Below the pieces are notes generated by a model that worked only from the letters and a program-made list of their open reading frames with translations, was not told where the DNA came from and did not search any database. Both the position numbers and the translations under genes were made by a program. Shown in pieces: positions 1-7,601 of a stretch of DNA of 30,960 bases. The DNA is from Gaiellaceae bacterium (GTDB lineage Bacteria; Actinomycetota; Thermoleophilia; Gaiellales; Gaiellaceae). Every line of letters begins with the position of its first letter. Position 1 is the first letter of the stretch. The stretch spans positions 1-30,960 of the forward strand of contig DASSQK010000017.1 in the NCBI GenBank assembly GCA_035702555.1, given 5' to 3'.

Positions 1-1353
1 GTCCTTGAGCAGCGCGAAGCCGCCGGCCATGTCGCCGTAGAGCGTCGCGTAGCCGACCGACAGCTCCGACTTGTTGCCGGTCGCGACCACGAGCCAGCCG
101 AACTTGTTCGAGAGCGCCATCAGCAGCACGCCGCGGACGCGAGCCTGGACGTTCTCCTCCGTGAGGTCGGGCTCGAGCCCCTCGAAGCTCCCGGCGAGCG
201 CGGCGTCGAAGGCGCCGACGAGGTCGCCGATCGGCAACTCGCGGAACTCGGTGCCCAGCGACTCGGCCAGCAGCCGCGCGTCGCGGCGCGTCTCCTCCGA
301 CGAGTAGCGCGACGGCATCGACACGCTGTGCACGCGCTCAGGCCCCAGCGCCTCGACGGCGAGCGCCGCGGTCAGCGCCGAGTCGATCCCGCCCGAGACG
401 CCGATCACGACCTCGCGGAAGCCGTTCTTGCCCACGTAGTCACGCAGGCCGAGCTCGAGCGCGAGCCGCATCTGCTCGAGCTGCTCGAGCTGCGGCGCGA
501 GCAGCGGCTCAGCAGCCTCCGCCTGGTCTCGCACCGGCCCGAGGGGGATCACCGGGGCGTCGGGGACGGCACCGCGTTCACGGGCGAGCGCGCGGCGTCT
601 CACGTCGCGCAGCCGCCGCCCGACGGCGTCGGCCGGGTCGATGTCGACCACGAGCAGCGCCTCCTCGAAGCCGGGCCCGCGCGCCAGCACGTGGCCTTCC
701 TCGTCGAGGACGAGCGAGTGGCCGTCGAAGATCAGCTCGTCCTGGCCGCCGACGGCGTTGCAGAAGGCCACGAAGCAGGCGTTGTCGCGCGCGCGGGTCG
801 CGAACATCTCGCGGCGCTCACGGTCTCGGCAGACGTGGAACGGGGACGCCGAGATGTTGGTCAGCAGCTGCGCCCCCGCCAGCGCGAGGTCGGTTGCCGG
901 CGGCCCCGGCTGCCACATGTCCTCGCAGATCGTGGGCCCGACCAGCGTCCCGCCGAGCTCGAGCAGCAGGCAGTCGCGCGCGGGCGCGAAGTAGCGGTCC
1001 TCGTCGAAGACCCCGTAGTTCGGCAGGAAGCGCTTGCGGTAGATCGCCTTCACCTCGCCGCCCGCGCAGACCGCGCAGGCGTTGTACAGGTCGCGGTCGA
1101 GGTGCGGGAAGCCGACGAGCGCGACGATGTCGCCAGTCGCGCGGGCGATCTCGTCTAGCGACGCGCGGGCCGCGCGGACGAACCCGGGCCGGAGCAGCAG
1201 GTCCTCGGGCGGGTAGCCGGTGACCGCGAGCTCGGGGAGGAGGACGAGGTCGGCCCCGGCCCGCCTCGCCTCGCCGAGGGTCTCGAGAATACGCGCGCGG
1301 TTCCCGTCGAGATCGCCGACGGTGGTGTTGATCTGCGCGAGCGCGAGGCGCAT
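1..1353 (-). CDS. nadE: Glutamine-dependent NAD+ synthetase (3' end runs off the window; not in ORF track)
   Basis: Hand translation from ATG 1353: MRLALAQINTTVGDLDGN...PELAVTGYPPEDLL...YRKRFLPNYGVFDEDRYF...ICEDMW (nitrilase-fold E-K-C triad), then synthetase motifs GVSGGIDSAL, SMPSRYSS, ENVQAR, TGNKSELSVGYATLYGDMAGG. Confidence 0.95.
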   Translation of the reverse strand, partial: MRLALAQINTTVGDLDGNRARILETLGEARRAGADLVLLPELAVTGYPPEDLLLRPGFVRAARASLDEIARATGDIVALVGFPHLDRDLYNACAVCAGGEVKAIYRKRFLPNYGVFDEDRYFAPARDCLLLELGGTLVGPTICEDMWQPGPPATDLALAGAQLLTNISASPFHVCRDRERREMFATRARDNACFVAFCNAVGGQDELIFDGHSLVLDEEGHVLARGPGFEEALLVVDIDPADAVGRRLRDVRRRALARERGAVPDAPVIPLGPVRDQAEAAEPLLAPQLEQLEQMRLALELGLRDYVGKNGFREVVIGVSGGIDSALTAALAVEALGPERVHSVSMPSRYSSEETRRDARLLAESLGTEFRELPIGDLVGAFDAALAGSFEGLEPDLTEENVQARVRGVLLMALSNKFGWLVVATGNKSELSVGYATLYGDMAGGFALLKD

Positions 1354-1385
1354 GGTCAGGTTTTAGCCTATCAGGCGAAAACTGG

Positions 1386-2156
1386 CTAGCGTTTGAGCCT
1401 GACGGCGTTCAGGTCCTGCGCGCGGATCTCGTCGGCGCGGCGGATGAGGTCCTCGATGTCGTCGTGCTCGGCGTGGATGTAGCGCCCGGCGAGCACGTCG
1501 GCACGGCCGGAGGCGAGGACGCGGACGAGGCTCGGCGCCAGGTCGGGCGGCGTCCAGGGCGCGTCGTCGGCGAAGCTCCCCTCGGTCATCTCGGTGCGCA
1601 CGAGGCCGGGGCTGATCAGGAACACGCGCACCGGTGTGTCCTCGAGCGCCTTGGCGAGCGTCTCCGCGAAACGGTTCGCCGCCGCCTTGCTGGCGGTGTA
1701 GGCGGTGTTGCTCGCGCCGGGTAGGTAGCCGGCGCCGCTGCCGGTGACGACGATGCGGCCGCGACCGCGCTCGAGCATCCCCGGGACGACGGCGCGGCTG
1801 CAGAGGAAGACGCCGAGCACGTTGACCTCGAGGACGCGCCACCAGTCGGCGGGATCGACCTCCCACGGCGCGCCGTCGGGGCCGCCCGTGCCCGCGTTCG
1901 CCGAGAGCAGGTCGATCGGCCCGAGCTCTCGCTCCGTCTCGGCGACCGCGCGCTCGACCGCGTCCGCGTCGGTGACGTCGAGCTCGAGCGCGAGGCCGTC
2001 GATCTCGCGCGCGACCTCCTCGACCTGCTCGCGGCTGCGGGCAGCGACGGCCACGCGCGCGCCGGCGTCTGCGAGCTCCCGCGCGATCCCCGCGCCGATT
2101 CCGCGCCCCCCGCCCGTGACGAGCGCGACCTGGCCGGTGAGGTCATCTTGGGCCAC
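1386..2156 (-). CDS. Short-chain dehydrogenase/reductase (SDR)
   Basis: TGGGRGIG Rossmann motif, NAG, YTASK (YxxxK). GTG start at 2156 chosen because TATCCT lies 6 nt upstream; the ORF-track extension to 2255 is likely not real. Confidence 0.9.
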   Translation of the reverse strand: MAQDDLTGQVALVTGGGRGIGAGIARELADAGARVAVAARSREQVEEVAREIDGLALELDVTDADAVERAVAETERELGPIDLLSANAGTGGPDGAPWEVDPADWWRVLEVNVLGVFLCSRAVVPGMLERGRGRIVVTGSGAGYLPGASNTAYTASKAAANRFAETLAKALEDTPVRVFLISPGLVRTEMTEGSFADDAPWTPPDLAPSLVRVLASGRADVLAGRYIHAEHDDIEDLIRRADEIRAQDLNAVRLKR

Positions 2157-2205
2157 GGCCGGAGGATAGTCGGCGGAGCGCGCCGCTCCAGCCGGCCGCG
2201 GCCGG

Positions 2206-4143
2206 TCAGGGCCCGGCGGCCGCCGCGATCTCGTCCAGCGTCTCCGGGTTCTCAAGCGACGAGAGGTCGCCGGGATCCGTTCCCAGCGCCTTCGCGCGGA
2301 CGGCGCGGCGGACGATCTTCGCGCTGCGCGTCTTCGGCAGCGCCGAGACGAACAGCACGCGCTCCGGCGCGAACGCCTTGCCGAGCGCGGACGCGGCGAG
2401 CGCGCGCAGCTCGGCCGCCAGCTCCTCGCCCGGCTCCTCGCCCGGCACGAGCGCGCAGAACACCCAGGCCACCTCGCCCTTCACCTCGTGCGGCACGCCC
2501 ACCGCGGCGGCCTCGGCGACCGCCGGGTGCGCGACGACCGCCGACTCGAGCTCGGCGGGCCCGACCCGCTTCCCGGCGATGTTGAGCGTGTCGTCGGAGC
2601 GCCCGTGCAGGAACCAGTAGCCGTCCTCGTCCACGGAGGCCCAGTCGCCGTGCACCCAGATTCCGGGGAGGCGCCGCCAGTAGGCGTCGAGGTACCGCTC
2701 GGGATCGCCCCAGAACCCCCGCGTCATCCCGGGAAATGGCTTGCGGCAGACCAGCTCGCCGACCTCGCCGCGGATCGACCGGCCCTCGGCGTCGACGACG
2801 TCCATCGCCATCCCCAGCGCAGGCCCGCCCAGCGAGCAGGTCTTGATCGGCGCCGCCACGGTTGGCGAGAGGAAGCACGCGCCGACCTCGGTGCCGCCGG
2901 AGCAGTTGATGATCGGGCAGCGCCCGCCGCCGACGTGCTCGAACAGCCAGCGGTAGGGATCCGGGTTCCACGGCTCGCCGGTGGTGACGAGCACGCGCAG
3001 GGAGGACACATCGTGCCGCTCGACGAGCTCTGCGCCGTGCGGGATCAGCGCGCGCACGAGCGTGGGCGAGAGGCCGAGGATCGAGACGCGCTCCCGCTCG
3101 ACGAGCCCCCACAGCCGATCCGCCGCCGGCCAGTCCGGCGCGCCCTCGTTGAACACGATCGTGCAGCCGAGGGCCATCCCGCCGACCACCTCCCACGGCC
3201 CCATGATCCAGCCCATGTCCGTGACGAAGTCGATGACGTCCTCGGGCCGCGCGTCCGCCTGGTAGGCGACCTCCCGGGTGATCGAGACGAGGAAGCCGCC
3301 CTGGACGTGCAGCACGCCCTTCGGCGCGCCGGTCGTGCCCGACGTGTAGGTGAGCAGGTACGGGTGCTCGGAGTCGACCTCGAGCGGCGGCAGCTCGCCG
3401 GGCGCGTCGGCGACGGCCTCGTCCCACCAGACGTCGCGGCCGCCCTGCATCGGGGTCTCCGCGCCGCGGCGCCGCCAGACGACGACGTGCTCGACCGACG
3501 GCGACACCTCGAGCGCCTCGTCGACCAGCGACTTCATCGGCACCTCGCGTCCGCGCCGTAGGGATGCGTCCGCCGTGACGACGACCTTCGCCTCGGCGTG
3601 CTGTAGCCGCGCCGCGATCGCCGGAGCCGCGAAGCCGGAGAAGATCGGCACCTGCACCGCCCCGAGATGCGCGCAGGCGTGGGAGGCGATCGCGACCTCG
3701 GGCGACATCGGCAGGAAGATCGCGACCCGGTCGCCCGACTGCACGCCGAGCGCGGCGAGCGCCTCGGCCAGCCGCGTCACCTCGCGGGAGAGCTCCCGGT
3801 ACGAGAGCGAGCGCCGCTCGCCGTCCTCGCTCTGCCAGACGGCGGCCGCCGCGTCGGCGCGCTCGCCCTGGGCCCAGCGGTGCACGCAGTTCCAGGCGAC
3901 ATTGAGCCGCCCGCCCACGAACCACGTCGCCCACTCGGGGCCGCGCGAGAGGTCGACCACCTCGTCCCAGGGCCGCGAGAACTCGAGGCCCATGTCCTCG
4001 ATTGCGGCCGGCCAGAACCGCTCGGGCTCCTCCTGCGAGAAGCGCACGAGCGAGGCGTAGTCGTCGAAGCCGAGCGACCGCGCGAGCCGCAACGCGTTCG
4101 AGCGCTCGCGCACCTCGTCGCTCGGGCGCCAGATCACCTCCAC
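2206..4143 (-). CDS. Acyl-CoA synthetase (acetate/acetoacetate-CoA ligase-like, ANL family)
   Basis: YTSGTTGAPKG, TGEPWNP, CSGGTE, GRSDDTLNIAGKRVGPAELE and LPKTRSAK motifs. GTG 4143 has TACGCT 7 nt upstream; the track extension to 4776 overlaps the MFS gene. Confidence 0.9.
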   Translation of the reverse strand: MEVIWRPSDEVRERSNALRLARSLGFDDYASLVRFSQEEPERFWPAAIEDMGLEFSRPWDEVVDLSRGPEWATWFVGGRLNVAWNCVHRWAQGERADAAAAVWQSEDGERRSLSYRELSREVTRLAEALAALGVQSGDRVAIFLPMSPEVAIASHACAHLGAVQVPIFSGFAAPAIAARLQHAEAKVVVTADASLRRGREVPMKSLVDEALEVSPSVEHVVVWRRRGAETPMQGGRDVWWDEAVADAPGELPPLEVDSEHPYLLTYTSGTTGAPKGVLHVQGGFLVSITREVAYQADARPEDVIDFVTDMGWIMGPWEVVGGMALGCTIVFNEGAPDWPAADRLWGLVERERVSILGLSPTLVRALIPHGAELVERHDVSSLRVLVTTGEPWNPDPYRWLFEHVGGGRCPIINCSGGTEVGACFLSPTVAAPIKTCSLGGPALGMAMDVVDAEGRSIRGEVGELVCRKPFPGMTRGFWGDPERYLDAYWRRLPGIWVHGDWASVDEDGYWFLHGRSDDTLNIAGKRVGPAELESAVVAHPAVAEAAAVGVPHEVKGEVAWVFCALVPGEEPGEELAAELRALAASALGKAFAPERVLFVSALPKTRSAKIVRRAVRAKALGTDPGDLSSLENPETLDEIAAAAGP

Positions 4144-4185
4144 GCGCTCAAGCGTAACCCTGCCCGCTCTCGGTACCTTCCACCA

Positions 4186-5616
4186 ATGCGCTCGCGGATC
4201 TTCGCGGAGGAGAACAGGAAGTGGTGGACGCTGGGGTCGCTCTGCTTCGCCCTGTTCATGATCATGCTCGACAACACCGTCGTGAACGTCGCGCTCCCGG
4301 CGATCAAGGCCGACCTCGGCATCAGCACCTCTGAGCTCGAGTGGACGGTCGCGGCCTACGCCCTCACCTTCGCGTCGCTCCTGCTCACCGGCGGCAAGCT
4401 GGGCGACCTGCTCGGTCGGCGGTTGATCTTCGTGATCGGCCTCACGATCTTCACCCTCTCTTCGCTCGCCTGCGGCCTCTCCTCGAGCGCACCCGAGCTG
4501 ATCGGGGCCCGTGCGGTCCAGGGAATCGGCGCCGCGCTGATGATGCCGGCGACGCTCTCGATCATCTCGGCGACGTTCGCGGTGCGCGAGCGCGGCACCG
4601 CGATCGGCATCTGGGCCGGCGTCTCGGCGATGGCGCTCGCGATCGGGCCGCTGCTCGGCGGGCTGATCACCGAGCACATCTCGTGGAACTGGATCTTCTA
4701 CGTCAACGTCCCGATCGGCGTGCTCGCCGTCGTGTCGGCGTTCGTGGTCGTCCCGGAGTCGCGCGACACTTCGCACGAGCAGCGGCTCGACCTCCCCGGC
4801 CTGCTGACGTCCGGGGTCGGCCTCTTCGCGCTCGTCTACGCGCTGATCGAGGCAAACAACTACGGCTGGGGATCAGCTCGCATCCTCGGCCTGTTCGTGG
4901 TGGCCGTGGTCTGCCTGAGCGCCTTCGTGCTCCTCGAGCTGCATCAGCGCCTGCCGCTCCTCGACCTCTCGCTCTTCCGCAGCGGAACTTTCGCCGGCGC
5001 GAACCTGGTCGCGATCCTCGTCACGCTGGCGATGTTCGGGATCTTCGTCTTCTTCCCGATCTACATGCAGACCTTCCGCGGCTGGTCGCCGACCCAGGCC
5101 GGCGCGGCGCTGCTGCCGTGGACGCTGATGGTCGTGATCTTCGCCCCGATCGCCGGGAAACTCTCGGACCACGTCGGCTCGCGCTGGCTGATCTCCGGCG
5201 GGATGTCGGTCGTCGCGATCTGCTGCCTCTGGCTCTCGACCGTGACGGTGGACTCGTCCTTCTGGCACATGCTTCCCGGCTTCATCCTCGGCGGCCTCGG
5301 GATGTCGTTCGTGATGACGCCGATGTCCGCGGCGGCGATGGGCGCAGCCCCGGTCGCCAAGGCCGGCGTCGCGTCCGGCGTCCTGAACACGTTCCGCCAG
5401 GTCGGCGTCGCGCTCGGAATCGGGATCACGGGCGCGATCGTCGCGAACCGTGCGGCTGCGTACGGCAGCCCGCCGCCGCAGGCGTTCGTCTACGGCCTCA
5501 CCTTCGCCATGAAGGTCAGCGCAGGGATCTGCCTCGGCGGCGCGATCGCGGCAGCAGTCCTGATCCGCCGCTACCGCCACGCCGAGTCGAGCCAGCCCGC
5601 CGAAGTAGCCGCGTAA
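4186..5616 (+). CDS. DHA2-type (EmrB/QacA family) MFS efflux transporter
   Basis: MIMLDNTVVNVALP motif, GKLGDLLGRR (motif A), GPLLGG, many hydrophobic segments. ATG 4186 has TACCTT 6 nt upstream. Confidence 0.92.
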   Translation: MRSRIFAEENRKWWTLGSLCFALFMIMLDNTVVNVALPAIKADLGISTSELEWTVAAYALTFASLLLTGGKLGDLLGRRLIFVIGLTIFTLSSLACGLSSSAPELIGARAVQGIGAALMMPATLSIISATFAVRERGTAIGIWAGVSAMALAIGPLLGGLITEHISWNWIFYVNVPIGVLAVVSAFVVVPESRDTSHEQRLDLPGLLTSGVGLFALVYALIEANNYGWGSARILGLFVVAVVCLSAFVLLELHQRLPLLDLSLFRSGTFAGANLVAILVTLAMFGIFVFFPIYMQTFRGWSPTQAGAALLPWTLMVVIFAPIAGKLSDHVGSRWLISGGMSVVAICCLWLSTVTVDSSFWHMLPGFILGGLGMSFVMTPMSAAAMGAAPVAKAGVASGVLNTFRQVGVALGIGITGAIVANRAAAYGSPPPQAFVYGLTFAMKVSAGICLGGAIAAAVLIRRYRHAESSQPAEVAA

Positions 5617-5620
5617 AACC

Positions 5621-5663
5621 AAAAGAAAAGCCCCCGGCTGCGGCTCCGGGGGCTTCTGATTTT
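5621..5663. terminator. Bidirectional intrinsic terminator
   Basis: 10-bp perfect stem AAGCCCCCGG (5628-5637) / CCGGGGGCTT (5646-5655). Flanked by AAAAGAAA on the left (U-tract for the minus strand) and CTGATTTTT on the right (weaker U-tract for the plus strand). Confidence 0.85.
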
Positions 5664-5797
5664 TGCGGGCCTTGCTGAGAGGCGACGACCCGGAGGCCTT
5701 GGCTCTGCGGCCCAGCCACAACCTCCGGGCCATCGTCGCCTTTCTTTGGCGCGCCCCTTGCATCCCCTAAGCCTGGCGTCCGGCTGGGCTGCAAGGT
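5621..5797 (-). ncRNA. Candidate structured non-coding RNA, family not recognised
   Basis: Lies between a TTGACT-N17-TATAGT promoter and a U-tailed terminator on the same strand. Contains two hairpins and no ORF that stops before the terminator. The 5' end is estimated. Confidence 0.55.
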
Positions 5798-5803
5798 GGA
5801 CGG

Positions 5804-5832
5804 ACTATAGACCCGCCTCCGGGATCAGTCAA
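5804..5832 (-). promoter_or_regulatory. Sigma70/HrdB-type promoter (-35 TTGACT, 17 nt, -10 TATAGT)
   Basis: Plus-strand AGTCAA at 5827-5832 and ACTATA at 5804-5809, spacer exactly 17 nt. Confidence 0.8.
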
Positions 5833-5927
5833 GTACCTCGGTCAAGTGATTTTCGAACAAGGAAGTTGACCCGTTTTTCGCTGAAACATGACCAATTTGA
5901 GGGATATCGCACAACGGTCCCTTGCGC

Positions 5928-5953
5928 CGAAGTGAAGTATTCGTTTCACTTCG
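5928..5953 (+). promoter_or_regulatory. Perfect 9-bp inverted repeat (operator or 5'UTR hairpin) next to the RBS of the HTH-TPR gene
   Basis: CGAAGTGAA (5928-5936) - 8 nt - TTCACTTCG (5945-5953); AGGAG RBS at 5956-5960. Confidence 0.5.
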
Positions 5954-5964
5954 CCAGGAGTCGT

Positions 5965-7314
5965 ATGCCCCGCGCTTCAGTAACGCATCAGATCCGCACC
6001 GCCGCCACCCCGGGCAGCGCCCGGCTGGGCGAGCGCGTGCGGCAGCTGCGGGTCGCGGCCGGCCTCACGCAGACCGATCTCGCCGGCGACCGGTTCTCCA
6101 AGGAATACGTCAGCCAGATCGAGCGCGGAAAGACCAGGCCCACGCGCGAGACGATCGAGTGGCTGGCCGCGAAGCTCGGCGTCGATGCCGCCTTCCTCGA
6201 GAAGGGCGTCTCCGCCGACGAGCGCAGCCGGGTCGAGGCGATGCTCGCGCGCGCGGAGGCGCTCGCGAACAACCACCAGTACGCCGAGGCGGTCGAGGAG
6301 CTCGAGAGCTCCCGCACCGCCGTCCTCGCGACCGGCGCCGTCGAGCTCGAGGTTCGCGCGCTGCAGACCGAGGCGTGGGCGCGGATGGAGCAGGGCCAGC
6401 TCCGGCCGGCGCTGCAGCTGCTGGAGCGCTGCCGCACGTTCGCCGAGGGGCCCGGCTTCTCGGATGTCGACCGCGCGCAGGTGCTCTTCCGCATGGGCGT
6501 CTGCCGGTACCACCTCTCGAGCATCGCGTCGGCGGTCTCGCTCTTCAGCGAAGCCCTGAAGCTGGCCGAGGCCTCGCAGCTCCCCTGTGACCTGCTGCGC
6601 GGCGACATTCTCGGCTGGCGCTCCCGGTGCTACCGCCGGCAGCGCGACTTCGAGGCCGCGCGCGAGGACGTCGAGCGCGCGCTCGAGCTGGCGCAGGCGC
6701 TGGACGACCACCGCACGATGGCGAACGTCTACTTCCAGGCCTCGCTCGTCGCCGAGCGAATGGGCCACTGGGTGCTCGCGCGCAGCTATGCGGAGCGGGC
6801 GAAGGCCTACTACGAGCAGATCAACGACGAGCGGAACGTCGGCCGCCTGCTGAACAACCTCGGCGGCCTGAACTTCCAGCTCGGGAAGCCGGATCGCGCC
6901 GTCGAGGATCTGAAGAGCGCGTACCGCGTGCTGCTCGACAAGGGCAGCGACGCCGAGGCGGCCAACGTCGTCTCGTCGCTCGCACACGTGCACCTGGCGA
7001 CGGGCCAGGTGGAGGCGGCCGAGGAGGAGGCGCGTCACGCGCTCGACCTGCTCGAAGGCCGCGAAGACTTCCTGCTCGACATCGCTCCGACCCAGCTGGT
7101 GCTGGGGCGAGCGCTGATGGAGCAGGGACGCCTCGACGAGGCGCAGGAGATGCTGCGCACCGCCGAGGCAAGCGCAGAGCAGCTGGAATCGATCAGCCAC
7201 CGCGCCGCCGCGTGGATGGCACAGGGCGACCTCGCCGCCCGCCTGGGCGAGGATGCGACGGCCGCGCGCCTATACCGCAAGGCCGCCGAAGCTCTCCAGG
7301 ATGTCCGCTTCTAA
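5965..7314 (+). CDS. XRE-family HTH + TPR-repeat transcription regulator (RRNPP-like architecture), 449 aa
   Basis: N-terminal HTH LGERVRQLRVAAGLTQTDLAGDRFSKEYVSQIERGKTRPT, followed by repeated TPR-like helix pairs (e.g. GRLLNNLGGLNFQLGKPDRAVEDLKSAY). ATG 5965 with AGGAG 4 nt upstream. Confidence 0.92.
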   Translation: MPRASVTHQIRTAATPGSARLGERVRQLRVAAGLTQTDLAGDRFSKEYVSQIERGKTRPTRETIEWLAAKLGVDAAFLEKGVSADERSRVEAMLARAEALANNHQYAEAVEELESSRTAVLATGAVELEVRALQTEAWARMEQGQLRPALQLLERCRTFAEGPGFSDVDRAQVLFRMGVCRYHLSSIASAVSLFSEALKLAEASQLPCDLLRGDILGWRSRCYRRQRDFEAAREDVERALELAQALDDHRTMANVYFQASLVAERMGHWVLARSYAERAKAYYEQINDERNVGRLLNNLGGLNFQLGKPDRAVEDLKSAYRVLLDKGSDAEAANVVSSLAHVHLATGQVEAAEEEARHALDLLEGREDFLLDIAPTQLVLGRALMEQGRLDEAQEMLRTAEASAEQLESISHRAAAWMAQGDLAARLGEDATAARLYRKAAEALQDVRF

Positions 7315-7332
7315 GCCAAAGAAGGAGGTGAA

Positions 7333-7458
7333 ATGAACAAGGCTCGCCTGATCTCCCTGACGGTCACCCTCTCCATGCTGGCCTTCTACCTCGAGGGCTT
7401 CGCCCGCGGCTGCGGTTTCTTCTTTGGCCACGGCGGCAGCTGGTTCGACGGGCACTAG
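7333..7458 (+). CDS. 41-aa small peptide with signal-peptide-like N-terminus; putative signalling pro-peptide (not in ORF track)
   Basis: RBS AAGGAGGTG ends 2 nt before ATG 7333; stop TAG 7456-7458. Sequence MNKARLISLTVTLSMLAFYLEGFARGCGFFFGHGGSWFDGH. Mostly G/C third codon positions; downstream hairpin. Confidence 0.8.
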   Translation: MNKARLISLTVTLSMLAFYLEGFARGCGFFFGHGGSWFDGH

Positions 7459-7467
7459 GAACCCACA

Positions 7468-7509
7468 GGCGCGTTCGGGGCGGGGTCTACCAGGCTCCGA
7501 ACGCCCGCC
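7468..7509 (+). terminator. Hairpin after the peptide gene (possible terminator or stabiliser, no U-tract)
   Basis: GCGTTCGGGGC (7471-7481) pairs with GCTCCGAACGC (7494-7504): 11 bp with one G-U. Confidence 0.45.
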
Positions 7510-7601
7510 GGAAGCGGTCGACGCGCTCCTGCTCAGAGCATCACGGCCTCTCCGTCGCCCAGCAGCCTTTCGGGGGGCACCACCCAGCTAGACTCGGCCA
7601 C

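Noticed and set aside
5695-5712. GCAGAGCCAAGGC on the minus strand resembles part of 4.5S/SRP RNA
   Set aside because: The conserved helix-8 motif (CAGG...GNRA...AGCAG) is absent.
5516-5794. 92-aa minus-strand ORF starting near the ncRNA promoter (also the 4873-5763 ORF with GAAAGG before an internal ATG)
   Set aside because: Both read through the intrinsic terminator into the antisense of the MFS gene and look low-complexity; the transcript is better explained as non-coding.
7399-7413. F-A-R-G-C in the peptide as a lipobox or RiPP cyclisation site
   Set aside because: Arg at -2 and Glu20+1 breaking the h-region do not fit a lipobox, and no modifying enzymes are nearby. Kept only as a minor alternative.
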